From NCBI RefSeq assembly GCF_964204645.1, contig NC_134033.1, positions 11,044,655-11,108,654 on the forward strand: a stretch of 64,000 nucleotides of DNA. Reading direction: 5' to 3'. Below are positions 37,282 through 51,477 of the stretch, piece by piece. Below the pieces are notes generated by a model, which made no database searches, was not told the origin of the DNA, and saw nothing but the letters and a program-made list of their open reading frames with translations. Within the stretch, counting starts at the first letter, position 1, and each line of letters begins with the position of its first letter. The translations under genes were made by a program, and so were the position numbers. Source of the stretch: Tubulanus polymorphus. Lineage: Eukaryota; Animalia; Nemertea.

Positions 37282-40200
37282 TCAGGAGGCGTAGAGCGGA
37301 TTTTGAAAACTGGTGTAGCGACGACCTTGAGTACGCGCGCGGAACGGGAACCAATCATTCTTCTTGAACCAGTACAACAATGAACCGATGCTCGATATAA
37401 TAACGACAGGTACGAGAATACCGATAGATATCATCAGAGTTCGACGCTGCATCGCCGTCGACGCACTCAAATCATCACTGCTACAATCTGAAAATATTAA
37501 GAGATATCGATTATAGAATGATTTTCTCCGCGAAAAGCTGTTTTCAAAACAACGTATGAAACTGAGAAGGTAGAAGTGATATAGGAGGACTTCGAAGTTA
37601 TTTGAAATAGTGACCTATACTGGGGTATGCAGGTATAAATGGCAGGCATAGATCCAGGAGGGGTGCTTCGGGTGCTTTCTTATTATTTATTTTCAGTTTT
37701 TCAAAGCCACTTTTGAAAGTAACTTTAGAATTAGGAAATGGTCAGAATGCATTAAATTGAGACTAATTCTTTATGCGTTGAAAATCCCGGATCCCTTGAA
37801 TGGAATTTACATTAGTATTAATTTAATGCCTATATATCTATAGTGTATAATATGCATTGTAGTTTTTTGAGAGTTGACCAATTATGAAACGGAGTGTAAA
37901 GACGACAAAAAGAACTAAGAAATACGTGTAGGCCTAGGACAGAAAAATGATACAAACATATAAAAGAAATGAGAGACAGAATGGGATATTGTGTTTCACG
38001 AAACAATGTTGTAGTGAATCGTGATCGCAAGGAGGAATGTAACAACGTGACTTTCATTACAAATGAAAGGATGTTTAAACTCACATTACGCGGTCACTCC
38101 GGTCAAAATATTTCAATACATCGGTGAGTTTGAATTTTGAATTATGGCAAAATCTTAACTTTGCCAACCACACTGTCGTTAATGAAGGATAAATGAACAA
38201 TCGGCAATTTAAAAATAAACCGTTTCATGTTAATTTCTAATAATCGTAAACTTGAATCAAGTACGATGAGACGAGAAGATACACAATATCCGTGAAAAGA
38301 TGATAACGACAGAAATCCCACAATAACGAAGCCAAAACGAGAAACTTCGATAGAAGAGTATATATATATATTTATTTGCGCAACGATTCGGCTTAAGACT
38401 ATTAACCATCAGTACATCCATGATGGCTAATACGGTAGTCTTTAGCCGAAACGTTGCGCAAATATATTCTCATCTATTCAAGTTTCTTGTTATGGCTGAA
38501 TTCATTGTGGAATTTCTCTCGTAGAATGATATGCGGTTTATTGTGACTATTTTCGTTTTACAGATCGAGTTTACGAATGACTCTTCAGATGTTGAAACAT
38601 TTAGAATTTTACCATACTTCAGATTCCATTCAAGTTCACTCGTGTGTGAAAAAAAAAACATTTTGAGTGACAGGTAACGCATGTTAACATCTATATTTGA
38701 TACACATTTAATTAGTAACCGAGACCGAAAGTGACGGACAACAACTTGTTTTCTATCACACAGTGTAGTACAGACATGCTGTTTACACGGGGAAACCTAT
38801 CTAACTATGTAGTTGACACCTCGGTTCATGCATGTAACACCGCGAAATGCATTCTACCAGTGATATGTGTATTAATAACTTCTGAAACACTTCGAAGAAC
38901 ATCAAATGTGTTTCAGAACTAAACAAAAACATGAATTTTATGACATATTTTGAACAAAAATGTACAGTTGGATCCAAGGCCTTTTGTGAATGTATTAGGA
39001 AACATTAAAGAGCACTTTCTATCATTGAAAAGGCATATTTGTAGGCGTATAAGCAAGGCATCGCTTTCAAAAGCCGTGGATGCAAGGGTTAGATGCATTT
39101 TAAAGCATCTCCAAGAAGAAGACCTGACATTACCCTCCCACCAAATTTGCTAGAGATATAAATAAGATTGCATCTAATCAGGCAGTAAAAAGTTTTCAGA
39201 CAGAAACAGGCAACGTTTAAGGGTCTTATACCAGGCCTTAAAAGAACCCCCGGATCCGTGCCATATATAAAACTGGACGGACACAAAAAGTTAAGCACTG
39301 TAGATACATATAACATACATGCAATACTAACCAGAAATTTCTGTAAGGAAAAATTGAATAAATCAAAATTGGTTAATTAATTATTGAATGGGTTGAAATA
39401 CAGTCTAATACAGTAGCAACGACAGGACCGAAAAAAATACGACGTTGCATGGAAATTTGCACTGTATTTAATTAATGTTTGGTTGCATTTGTACGGGTAT
39501 TAAAACGGGTTGCATTGATACAGTCTTCGACTGTATTGAGAAAATCAGTATCAAAACTGAAGGCTAAATATGATGTAATCTTAAATACGGATTAATTCGC
39601 AATTGACTTACTTTGAGAAAGTGTAAGATGTGAGAATCCGGGAATATCCGACTTCACGATACCTTGATATTCCCACACGTTACTATAGTAACCATCTTTA
39701 ACTAGGTTACCATGCACGCTCCACCCGACCTTGAAATATTTCTCTTGCATCTTGTTTTTTCCGCCTTGTATCGTAAAAATCAGCTTTCCGTTGTTTCCAA
39801 TGCGACCTTTTAAATATGGAATCATAATTTATAGATCTGCAATTCATTGAGTGAATCCTGATTATCATCATTCAATATCAATGTGTAAGTTCAACAGTTC
39901 TCTTCACCATTACGGCAAAAGCTGTTGTCAAAATTACTTATTAACTCCAGTATCCTTCGACTAGGACAACTCTTTGATAGTGCAATAGTTTACAATAATA
40001 ATGATAATAATAATAATAATTCATTTATCAATAGTGCTTTGCATTATAATTACTTTTCGACTCATCATTTGATAGACAAGCAATGTCTAAATCCTACTCT
40101 GTCGTGAATAGTGACTGCTTTAGCGCGTGAATGGCAAAGAAGGACAGGTACAGACAACAGATGACTAACCGCATAAACTTACCCATTAAATAAATAGTAT

Positions 40201-43200
40201 TTTCACCATCGTTCCAAACACCGTACACAGAAGATGGTTTGTTGACATTTTTAACGGTGAACACGAAATGTTTCGATTTACTGCCGATCATGTACGCACC
40301 GACCCACGTACTGCACCGCGAGAACGTATCCGTCCAATTCTTCGGCACTGAAATAATTCACATATTATAATTAACTAGAGGCCCACGTAATAGGGATGTG
40401 AACGTATAGTTGATCCAAGTAGTAAGTGGGAGAGAACGAAATGCTAATCGTAATTCTCTACTCAAAAATATTTTTGATTTCTGCATAGGGATCATTCAAT
40501 CAGTAGGTACGCATAAATTTGCCAATTTTCAAAACCCTTTAACTGGCAATCAAAGCGACCAATTTAAATAGACCAGCTATAGTGAATAAGATAGTCAAGT
40601 ATTTTTCGGGCCGATTTCAACAAATCAAAACGACATTGTAGCAATAGATATTGAATTGAATCAGCAGATTTGTCTGACGATAGCGCATACTCTTAAGAAT
40701 GATACTAGTGACTCTCGGAATTTCTATCCACATTTTCAACATCGGAGTCTACTATCACTATTTTGGCCGTATAAATATACTGGGAATGATTTCTTTCCTA
40801 GAGTAGATTTTACCTTTGCTCGGACAGAACGGAATTTGACAGAAGGCGAATCGTTTTCTAGGATCCGTCGTGAAGCACCAAGGCCCGGCTTCCTGATGAT
40901 CGGGATTACGACAGTAGTTCTGAGCCTCCGATACGGTGCTGTCCGCAAACATAGACGCGTGCGTAAAATTGTGCTTATGAGGAAATTGCGAATCCCAACG
41001 TTGACATTCGTATTGCCTGAAAAATAACCGATCATTTTTTTCCTTGTGAATACAGATTTTTTTGGTGGTTTTTGTCTACTAGTGTCCATTTATTAATGGA
41101 TGAGACCTGTTTTTCTGAGGTAATTCACTAACTTTTTGGGGTACATACCTCATTTAGGTGTTAACAGAATGCCAAAAATCACGGACAACAACTGAATATC
41201 CGATATTATTCCAGTTCTGTAGCGATAAGAGGGGTTTACAAAGAGTCCGTTTTAATCGAGTTGAATAAGAGAGAGAAAATCCTCTTTTGCCAATCAATCT
41301 AATTGGAACAGAACTTGAACAATATTGGATATCCAGATGTTGTACGCGATTTTTGGGAATCTGTTTATAAGACATTAATAAGGTATGTACCCTATCGGGT
41401 AAACTAAATATCCCAGCAAAACAGGTCTCATCCATTAATAAATGGACATTGTCGGTACAAAGACTTATTATTATCAATCAACCTATTGATATTTTTAGCA
41501 CGTCATTCCCCGACCCTACAAACAAACAAACCTTCCCATCGTGAAGTGTTCATGACCTCGATATTCAATTCCACGTTTCGTTTTAACACAATGTTCACCA
41601 CCGATTTCTAAAACAGAAAAATATCAAAAAGTTGAGAAATTGAAATCATCGCACTTTTACACCAACTCACAATTAACTAGACTCGATTCGACATGACTCC
41701 CGAGCACCGAGTACTGTATAGCTCAAAGGGTGGGAGATGTGACTGATATACAAGACTCAGGGTGAAAATGGCAATGGATGTTGTTCGTTTTAAATATTGA
41801 ACACTTAAAAATAAGATCAAATCAAATTCCATAATACATGAAATTGCATCAATGTCTTGATATTTGGTTTTGCATTTAACTGGGAAATTTTGTAACTTCA
41901 ATCAATTATCTCCATGTTTCATATAAAGGCTGGTATATGTTTCGGGTTAATCGGACACAAGCTAACAGGCCCGCACCCACGGGGGTTGTGAATGCACTTC
42001 CCCAAAAGATCCTGAGTTTTACTTGAGAAACACATCAAATTTGAAATTTTGAGTTTGCCGTAAAAAACGCCTTTAGTATCGAAGCACTTCCCCACAAGAT
42101 CCTGAGTTCTACTTGAGAAACGCATCTTAAACGCTTCAAATTTGAAATTTTGAGTTTGCCGTAAAAAATGCCTTTAGTATCGAAGCACTTCCCCACAAGA
42201 TCCTGAGTTCTACTTGAGAAACGCATCTTAAACGCTTCAAATTTGAAATTTTGAGTTTGCCGTAAAAAACGCCTTTAGTATCGAAGCACTTCCCCACAAA
42301 ATCCTGAGTTCTACTTGAGAAACGCATCTTAAAAGCTTCAAATTGCAATTGAAATTTTGAGTTTGCCGTAAAAAAAAAAAAAAAAAACGACTTAGTATCG
42401 AAATGAATACGTACTTTTACAGCGAGGTATATCACATTCTTCCATTCGATGATTCGAATCCATTGTGAAACACCACGGCGCGTGATGAGTTTTACCCGCT
42501 TGTTCCAGATGCGGAACCGGGTTGCGACAATAGTCCGCAGCGTCCCAAATAGTCAAATCCGGGAATAGATAATCCTTCGTGTACCCGTGTTTCTGCGGCG
42601 TTTGTTGACTCCAACGCTGACATTTGATGCCGCTTTTCGTATAACTGCGGGTTCCGCGGTAACCGACTCCATCTTCATTCACCAGACATTCTTCAGCTAT
42701 AAAATGAATGACAATAAACTGATTAATACAGCTATCTACAGCCTGAATCCAGTTATACAGCTATCTACAGCCTGAACCCAGCTATTCGGCTATCTACAGC
42801 CGGAATCCAGCTATACAGCTATCTACAGACTGAATCCAGCTATACAGCTATCTACAGCCTGAATCCAGCTATACAGCTATCTACAGCCTGAACCCAGCTA
42901 TACAGCTATCTACAGCCTGAATCCAGCTATACAGCTATCTACTGCCTGAATCCAGCTATACAGCTATCTACAGCCTGAACCCAGCTATACAGCTATCTAC
43001 TGCCTGAATCCAGCTATACAGCTATCTACTGCCTGAATCCAGCTATACAGCTATCTACAGCCTGAACCCAGCTATACAGCTATCTACAGCCTGAATCCAG
43101 CTATACAGCTATCTACTGCCTGAATCCAGCTATACAGCTATCTACAGCCTGAATCCAGCTATACAGCTATCTACTGCCTGAATCCAGCTATACAGCTATC

Positions 43201-46200
43201 TACAGCCTGAACCCAGCTATATAGCTATCTACAGCCTGAATCCAGCTATACACAGCCTGAACCCAGCTATGCAGCTATCTATGAATGAACCACTGTCAAG
43301 TTCTCTATTATGTTAAATACTTACACGGTTCACAGTACGGTATACCACAGTATTCGATTTCGTAACCAGCCGTATAACACCACGGTCCGTGCGGGAAGTT
43401 TTTCGGGTCGGGATTACGGCAATAGTTCTCGGCTAAAGTAACGTTGCTTTCCGGAAATCGGGTTGCAGCGTACGAGATATTTTTCGGCAGTTCGTCCCAG
43501 CGTAAACAGGTTGAGAACGTCTCCTCGGTACGCATTCGGTAACCGTGGTAATCGACCCCCGTCGTATTCGAGCGGCACTCGGCGACTAACGCTGAAAATA
43601 ATTCACAAATCAAATTTCATACATCGAACTTGAATGAACAGTGAATCTATTCAGCTGCGTGTATACCAGTCTGTATCAGGTAGATTGATATAAAAAGAAT
43701 AATCTGGGCTATAAGAATAAAATGAGGCTGATTATGACATCGCGTTTATTCTGCGTGCACAACTTATTAAGCACTGGGTCTAATCAGTTTCATGTCTTCG
43801 TCGAGTCTCGCGATGTCATCATCAAGTTTCGAATCCCTGCCGAGGGAGGATGGCTATAGGGCCTATACGGGAGGGGATGTTTCCGGTGAAACTTACGTTG
43901 ACATTTAGGAAGCGGTTGATCCCATTGACCTTTTGATGTGCAGCGTAAAATTGAGTAGTTCGGCGTCAATTTCAGATTCATATTACATTTCAATCTGAAA
44001 TCATTTAGAAATGTTATAATTTACACAACGACAGTCTATTTTGAAGTAATAACAGGCCTCGCATCGTGTTTACGATTACTAGGGTTATCCCCCACTCAAG
44101 AGGCAAAATATCTACCTAGAAATGGACATCTCATTTTCAAAGTTTTGAGTTAAACCTCAAAACCATAGTCCCGATGTAAAGACCAAATTGATATAAGGAG
44201 CTTATCCAACTCTTACTACTCTTACTAGAAATAATTATGTAAGAATGTTGCAGTAAATGAGAATGAATTTCACTTACATGACAGAAGTACCCGGTACTTG
44301 AGGTTTTTTCGACGCACTTGAAGGAATAATTGAACCATTTGGTAAAACTATTGGATCACATTTTCCCTGATTGGCGCGAGGTTTCTGAGTAGAGGGCGCC
44401 GCTGTTGTTGTAGTTGTTGAACTGGATTGATGGGTCGGTGCGACCGACTGTGTCGTTACTGTTTCGTTAACAGTCGGTTCACTAGCTATTGTTGTAGTAT
44501 CCGTGACAACAGCCGGAATGGTTGTATCCGACACGGTCTCCGACGCGTCGGAAGTGCTCGTAGCGTTAGGATGTATCGTTGTCGTAGCAACGGTTTCGTT
44601 GACGGACGGATTGGATGGTTGAGCAGCAGTAAGTGGGGCGGAGCTTATTGTACTGGATGAGATGGAATGATTGACAGGTGATGACGGTGTAGGCGTGGTT
44701 AAGTCGTTCCCTTCTGTTACAACGGTTGAAGGCGCTGAAATAAAAATAGAAACCCAAAATATAACTGCAAACCAGCGATAACAGGTTTTCAACAGGCATG
44801 TACATACTTAGAAACAGTTAGTTACCTAATGATTAGAGGTAAGCTTTTTAAAATCGGATGGGCTTAAATACCAATATGTGGTTTGTGAAAATGTCTGATC
44901 TTGAAACTTAACCACAGACCGGGTACTGACTAGGCCCAAGACCTAGCGTACTGACTTAGACTTAGACCATTTTTAAATGGTTTTCAACCATGTCAACTTT
45001 AATCACTTAAATATCAACTGCTTGAATGTTACTTGTCACCAGGGACAGGTAGTTAGTTACCTAATTGTTGGTGGTAAGCTTTTTATAATCGGATGGGCTT
45101 TTACGTTGTGGTTTGTGAAAATATCCAATCGTGAAGACTACAGGGACAGGGGGGGGGGGGTAGTCTAGTACCTAGCCGTTGTTCCTGAAACAACGTCTAG
45201 GGCGAAAGTGCTCATATAAGGTTAATTTACTTCCCTCATTTTGAGGGACGAGGCTTTGAGCGTCTATTTCACCCCTTAAAACACCATCAACTTACCTCAA
45301 ACTGACTGTTCTGTAATCAGATGGAAGTTAACTATTGATTGTGCATAAATTTGTAATCCTAAGTAGCTTTTGACGATCGTAGTAGCTCAAAACTTTTGAC
45401 TAGTCGCCTCAAAAAACAGTTGAAGTGAAGCAACATAACAAATATGGCGGCTTTTCGTGGTGCACGATGGGAGTGTAAAATACGGATTCGAACTTAAACT
45501 TGGTGCCAATGCAGATATTATTCTTGTTTCAAATTATTCAGGTTAAAATTAACCAAAATTAATGCGTTTTATCAACAAAAAATAACATTTAGAGTAATTT
45601 CAGAGAGACATATTGAATTTTCACATTTATTAATTTAGTCCGTATTGGAAATCCCGATAGTGGCAATCAATTCAATTCAAATCAAATCAATAAATTATCC
45701 CGTTCGCGATTTAAATCATCAAAAAATTCATTATAAAACAAGTTTTCAAAGTCAACAAGGTAACTAATTTATTTATTTTAGTAGGCCTACAAAGGTTTGA
45801 TTTGACACTAAAATCAGTTGTTGCATTGCAATTAACAGTTAGAGTTAACCTCTATATGATACTTCAGCGTCAGACGTTGTACGGAACCAGGGGCGGATCC
45901 AGACCGTATTAGCCGTATTGCCCAATACTGTCTAGAATTTTTAAGTGCCCTTCGAAATTTCACCGACAATATTTTTGACGGCATTATTTCAGCAACCGCT
46001 AATTCCGTGTCCGTAATCCGGGCATAATTATAAAATTAATCTGTATATACTGCTGCCGAGAAAGTGAGGAGAGATAATCATATTTGTAAAGCCTTTAATC
46101 ATGATAAATTAAAAATGGCACTTTCCTTTTGCAAGGGGCACTCATGCTTTAGATGAGGGCACCTTGTCCTTGCCTTTTCAGGGAGGGCTAAAGGGGCACT

Positions 46201-46940
46201 CGTACTTTAGAAGAGGGCACTATACGTGGAAAATGTTGAAGAAAAGGGCACTTTTTTGCCTAATTTTTAAAATTTTAGGGGCACTTTTGGTTTGGAAGAT
46301 GGCACACGACATGAGGATAAATGTGAAGACGAGGCAATTTTTGCCGATTGTTAACAATGAAGGGGCACTTAGCCGTATTCTGTATAATTGTTAAGGGGCA
46401 CTTTTAAAGATGATAGGGGCACTAGGCGAAGTTGGTGACAACCATTCTTTCATTGGTTCGCCAGCTTCATTTTTTATCCGCATCTGTTGAAATCTTGTCT
46501 CGAATTCGTTTATTCTGGATTGCTCTGCTAGCCTCTAGAAGCCCTCTAAAAGCCTTTAAATGGTACCATATTTTCAAAATTTTCTGGGGGTGGACCCCCA
46601 GACCCCCTCTAAGGACTTCGCGCCTTCGGCGCTCGCATTGACCTGGATACTGGGTGTGCCCTAAGATCAGAAAGGTGCCCTTAAATTTCCTTCCAATACT
46701 GTCTACCCATCCCCCTGGATCCGCCCCTGGGAACCGTAACAACGACTGGTATTCAGACTAAGGGGGTGCCCAGGGACGGAGTAAAGATGACAGATGATGG
46801 GTGGTTAGAGGTGGAAGGCTGGAAGTTGCAGCTATAGTGATAAACCCCTATGAGAGCTAAGACTTACCCGACGATGATGTTTTCAATAAATCAACAATTG
46901 GTAAAATCGATACCAGCAAAAATAACATGATCACAAACAT
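37282..46940 (-). CDS. Type I membrane protein: signal, Ser/Thr mucin stalk, Sushi/CCP, 3 kringles, unassigned domain, TM, FxNPxY tail (exons ~46940-46868, 44734-44278, 43994-43897, 43591-43325, 42696-42415, ~41607-41533, 41017-40814, 40347-40183, 39836-39610, 37487-37282)
   Basis: Signal MFVIMLFLLVSILPIVDLLKTSSS; YCRNP..PWC three times; CCP C..GQWDQPLPKC; TM LMISIGILVPVVIISSIGSLLYWF; tail SFQNPLYAS. Confidence 0.87.
41994..42400. repeat. 101-bp intronic tandem repeat, ~4 copies
   Basis: GCACTTCCCCACAAGATCCTGAGTTCTACTTGAGAAACGCATC... recurs with 101-bp period. Confidence 0.9.
42727..43280. repeat. 29-bp intronic minisatellite, ~19 copies
   Basis: CAGCTATCTACAGCCTGAATCCAGCTATA repeated. Confidence 0.95.
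45888..46729. mobile_element. Non-autonomous DNA transposon, 15-bp TIR, 5-bp TSD
   Basis: GGAAC|CAGGGGCGGATCCAG ... CTGGATCCGCCCCTG|GGAAC; many internal GGGCAC motifs. Confidence 0.85.
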
Positions 46941-47224
46941 TTTTGTCTTTGACTGCTGCTGATGATGATGAGTGCCACTGACGAGGACAGCGCGAAAGAA
47001 GGAGGAAGATGATGATAACCTCATAGTTTCGTGTAGGTAGTGTTAACTATCTCTCTGTCTCTCTCTCTGATTGAGTTTCGGGCGATGGTTGATTTATCGT
47101 TACGCAATTAAACAACTCTCAACACGGTAAAAATGTACTAAATTCCTCCTCACGCACAGTGCTCGTTACGGCTCGAAAACATGTCATGCACCGTCGAGAC
47201 TCAATACAATCTTAAATTTACTTT

Positions 47225-47792
47225 ATTCACCAGGCCAACACTAGGGAAACTACGTTTATAAACAGGCCAACACTAGGGTAACTACGTTTATTAAACAGGC
47301 CAATACTAGGGTAACTACGTTTATTAAACAGGCCAACACTAGGGTTACTGCGGTTATTTATTAAATAGGCCAAGACTAGGGTAACTACGTTTATTAAACA
47401 GGCCAACACTAGGGTAACTACGTTTATCAAACAGGCCAACACTAGGGTAACTACGTTTATTGAACAGGCCAACACTAGGGTTACTGCGTTTATTAAACAG
47501 GCCAACACTAGGGTTTCTGCATTTATTCGCTAGGCCAACACTACGGTTACTACGTTTATTCACCAGGCCAACACTAGGATTTCTGCGTTTATTAAACAGG
47601 CCAACACTAGGGTTACTGCGTTTATTCGCCAGGCCAACACTAGGATTTCTGCGTTTATTCGCCAGGCCAACACTAGGGTTACTGCGTTTATTCGCCAGGC
47701 CAACACTAGGGTTTCTGCGTTTATTAATCAGGCTAACACAAGGGTTTCTGCGTTTATTTAACAGGCCAACACTAGGGTTACTACGTTTATTC
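47225..47792. repeat. 33-bp minisatellite, ~17 copies
   Basis: CAGGCCAACACTAGGGTAACTACGTTTATTAAA repeated. Confidence 0.95.
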
Positions 47793-48183
47793 ATTTAATT
47801 AGTTAATTATTATACATTCGATCCTATAGTCTTAAACTGAAATTGTCTGTTCTTTTTATGTCATTTTTTTCAAATACTGTGAGATTGTGCTTTTCAGAAA
47901 TACCGCACCGTTCTCGCTTCTAACATCACCTACATCATGTTGGTAAAACATATATATAAAACACGTGTTTATTTACATTCTATCTCTAATATTTTTCTCA
48001 CTGCAGTTGGGCTGAATATTGCATGCTTTACATAAAACTGAACGCAGTCGATCACTTTATCGTAAGCGATAGATACCACAACTTTAAACATCATGAGCGA
48101 TTATATACGGTATTCGAAACGTAACATCGATATAATTAGTGACAGCTGGAGAAATTGTCGAAGTGAATTGTTATCATGCTAAT

Positions 48184-49146
48184 ATGACAGGGAATGCTAC
48201 CTGCAAATTTATCCACGCTACATACGTGAAATGGGTGTTTAACGTGTATGCGATGTTACCAGTCGCAATCATCGGAATAGTTCTGAATTCATTAACGATT
48301 CACGTTTTGTCGTCCTATAATTCAAACGTCCCGACATTCACTATTTTACGGATTCTAGCCGTCGTGGAGAATATTTTCCTGATCGTCTGGGCCGTAAACC
48401 GACCGATTCGATATCTGTACGAGTGGTGGCGATTGGGAGCGGGAATATTCGTGAGAGAGGACTACGAGATCGCAGCGTATTTGATCCATTTCATGGTAAA
48501 TCCAACTGTTAAAATGACGAGGAACTGGATAACGGTAATGATAAGTATAGAACGGGCTGTGGCTATTGTTGCTCCGTTTCGGGCTCGGGTTTACGTGACG
48601 ACCCGAGTTTGTAAAATAACCTGTACAGTAGTTATCATTGTTTGTGCATTAACGCAATGTACATGGCGTCAATACTATCAGTCGCTCATCTATAAGACAG
48701 TATTTTGTCCGATTGAGGAGGAAATCGTGATATCCGGTCCAATAAGCGTACCGCACGTAAACAAGAACTTCCCTGCGCTAATGCACATAGGTCTGATTAG
48801 CTTTTCGCCTTTTTTCATAATGGTTATTGCGAATATTATAATAATAAGATCGCTTTTAATTGCAACAAGAAATAGGAATGCAATTTCAACTAAAGATTCA
48901 TCAGCTGCCGTACAACATCAAGCATCAATTTTAGCGTTTATGGCCGTCATGTCGTATTTGATTTTCGAAATCCCTTCAGGCCTTGAAAAGGCTTTGAGTA
49001 AGTTCATTCCAAAAAACAAACAGCCCCAACTTGCATCACTTGGACACCTTCTTACTTTTTCTAATTCGTGTATAAATTTTATTTTGTATTGCGTCTCGAG
49101 TAGGAAATTGAGGCGACAAGTTCGCGTCAAATTGAGATGCAAATGA
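48184..49146 (+). CDS. Intronless class A GPCR, FMRFamide/peptide-receptor-like
   Basis: Seven hydrophobic segments; RNWITVMISIERAVAI; NSCINFILYC; first in-frame ATG at 48184. Confidence 0.9.
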   Translation: MTGNATCKFIHATYVKWVFNVYAMLPVAIIGIVLNSLTIHVLSSYNSNVPTFTILRILAVVENIFLIVWAVNRPIRYLYEWWRLGAGIFVREDYEIAAYLIHFMVNPTVKMTRNWITVMISIERAVAIVAPFRARVYVTTRVCKITCTVVIIVCALTQCTWRQYYQSLIYKTVFCPIEEEIVISGPISVPHVNKNFPALMHIGLISFSPFFIMVIANIIIIRSLLIATRNRNAISTKDSSAAVQHQASILAFMAVMSYLIFEIPSGLEKALSKFIPKNKQPQLASLGHLLTFSNSCINFILYCVSSRKLRRQVRVKLRCK

Positions 49147-49163
49147 CCTTAAAGGTCGACCCC

Positions 49164-49616
49164 CAGGCGCGGATCCAGACTAACGCACATGCAGCACGTG
49201 CGGTAGTCGCAGTTTTCGAATGCCCTTGAAAAATTGTTGTTTCGGGAAAAAACCAAATAAAAGGGCACACAATTTTTGCGCCATGAAAAAATAATTGCTA
49301 GGACTAGAGCAAAATGTGAATGAAAATAAATTGTCCAAAATCAAAAAAGCCAATCTAAGGCATTTTCCTTTACTCAAAAGGGCACTATTCTAAAAGAAAC
49401 ATTATTGTTGCTCTATTAATCTTATCGAAAAAGGGCAAATTTTGCCAAAAATCTAAAAAAGGCACAAGCAAATTGAATGTGTAGTTAAATTAAGTGGCAT
49501 GATACCAATAAATGGCACTCAAACTCGCTCGCTGGGCATTAATACTGGCCCTTTTCAAAGTTGGTGCCCTTTTTTCACTGTGCTGCAGTCACCGAATGGC
49601 CCTGGATCCGCGCCTG
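49164..49616. mobile_element. Non-autonomous DNA transposon related to 45888-46729, 17 bp after the GPCR stop
   Basis: CAGGCGCGGATCCAG ... CTGGATCCGCGCCTG; imperfect TSD ACCCC/ACCAC. Confidence 0.8.
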
Positions 49617-50460
49617 ACCACAAGATGGTAACTGGACAAGCAGGACCCCGTGGTGAAGTTCTATTATCGATGTGTATATATGTATTTGTTTGTAAGTGCG
49701 TCTATATGTTTGCTAACTATTTGATAATTATCTGTTAGTCAACCGCATTAATTCTTGTAATTTTCTTAATCATTGTTTTGTTTTTGGGGGCTAAGCGACT
49801 TTATTTCTGGGGAGCAATGAAACAACAAATCCCGGTGATTCGAAATAACAAATTCTCGGTTGCGAGTCAATCACCACCCACAAAGGACCCAAAGTACATG
49901 GTGTGGTCTCCGTAGCCGGATTGAGACGAGATCTGTAACCCGGAGATCGAGTAGTCATTCTCACACGCTGATGTTATACGTATCTGATGCTTAGTACGTT
50001 TTTTCGTTATAAATTTTCCACAATTTCTAGGATCAAGATTATGTCGAATTCTAGCCATCCTTTCTCCGTGATTTCGGCAACGTCCATGCATCAAATGGAG
50101 CGCTCGAGTTGCGCTACTCATGGAAGGTAAACTATGTGAAAATGTATGAAAGTTTTACCAATTTTCCTCAACAAAGATAAACGTGTGTAAATTTATCATC
50201 GCAACTTAGTAATTCATTTTTCGATTCAAACATAATATATCATATCATATTCCGTTTATTATTGTTCTGAGATTCAATAGCCATATTACGGCATAGATAA
50301 CTTCATTAACTTTACTACCTTTGGTAAATCTGATAGTGGAATTCATTAAACATAATTGGATTTTGCACCGAAAGCGGTTATTCTTCTGAAAACTTGTTGA
50401 TTATGTCATTACGCTGTAAGTTAACCATCTCAGAGGTGTGTCCTTTCTCTCCCACTCGTA

Positions 50461-51477
50461 ATGGTACTAACAACTTCGACGATCGTAAACGAATCAAACT
50501 GGTCGAGGGAAAATTCTACAGTTGAAAAAGATTGTCGATTGAACAAGCAAAACGTCAACATCGGAATTGTGTACGTTTACTGTTTACCCGTGATTTGGAC
50601 GACGGGATTTTTCCTCAATGTTTGCACTTATTTTGTTCTCTTTCGTTTCGAATCGGAAGTTACCACGTATTACATTCTTCGTCTGCTGACAATAGCCGAT
50701 AATCTGTTTCTATTGGCCGCTGCCGTTACAAGGTCTGGATCATATTTTAACGGATTGCTTAAGTTCGGCGACGACATTTACTATTTTGACAACAGTGATT
50801 TCATTGGTCCAGTTCTCCAACGCCATGGAGGTGCTGCAGTAGATATTTCCAAAATGATTAGAAATCTACTGACGATGCTGATCAGTTTAGAACGATTGAC
50901 TGTCGTGTTCTTTCCCTTAAAATCTAGAATACTGTGCACTAAACGTAATTGTAACATAAGTTTATTGTTTATAGTTATTATAAGTCTCAGCACTCAAGGC
51001 TGGCATTATTTTAGTAGAGGTACTAAACAAACTAATGTCTTTTGCCCGTTTAGAGGAGTCCTGTGGGTTTTGGTGCGCCCTCCTGCCCGACTTTCAAAAA
51101 CAATGGGTCTGATACACATATTAGGAATATTAGTACCATTTTTTGGTATAGCTCTTGCAAATATGATTCTAGTAATTTCATTGCGTCGGGCCTCTAAACG
51201 GCGCTCAAAGATCAGCACTCAAAAAATAAATAATGACAACCAAGCTGTTTTACTAGCGATTTCGGTTATAACAGCATTTTCGTTATTCGAGATGCCGATG
51301 GCCGTGCATAAGTTTCTAAATGTATTTTTCAAATTTCAAGGTTTTATCCCAAATCTTAATTTCTTCTATGTGGCGTCCCTGTTTGTCCAGGTTGACTCAT
51401 CCGTCAATTTTATTGTTTATTGTTTTTCTAGTAAAAAGTTCCGATCGCTTGCGTTCAATGATTGTCACCGAAGTTAA
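50461..51477 (+). CDS. Intronless class A GPCR, FMRFamide/peptide-receptor-like
   Basis: 7TM; RNLLTMLISLERL; DSSVNFIVYC; N-glycosylation sequons in the N-terminus. Confidence 0.92.
   Translation: MVLTTSTIVNESNWSRENSTVEKDCRLNKQNVNIGIVYVYCLPVIWTTGFFLNVCTYFVLFRFESEVTTYYILRLLTIADNLFLLAAAVTRSGSYFNGLLKFGDDIYYFDNSDFIGPVLQRHGGAAVDISKMIRNLLTMLISLERLTVVFFPLKSRILCTKRNCNISLLFIVIISLSTQGWHYFSRGTKQTNVFCPFRGVLWVLVRPPARLSKTMGLIHILGILVPFFGIALANMILVISLRRASKRRSKISTQKINNDNQAVLLAISVITAFSLFEMPMAVHKFLNVFFKFQGFIPNLNFFYVASLFVQVDSSVNFIVYCFSSKKFRSLAFNDCHRS

Noticed and set aside
44274-44792. TTG-initiated signal peptide MKTCYRWFAVIFWVSIFIS for the kringle receptor
   Set aside because: The hydrophobic stretch is the translated polypyrimidine tract; a proper ATG signal exon lies at 46940-46868 in matching phase.
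42727-47792. 29-bp and 33-bp arrays as CRISPR-like arrays or repeat proteins (11-aa periodic ORFs)
   Set aside because: Units are contiguous with no unique spacers, the context is eukaryotic, and the ORFs arise from a unit length divisible by 3.
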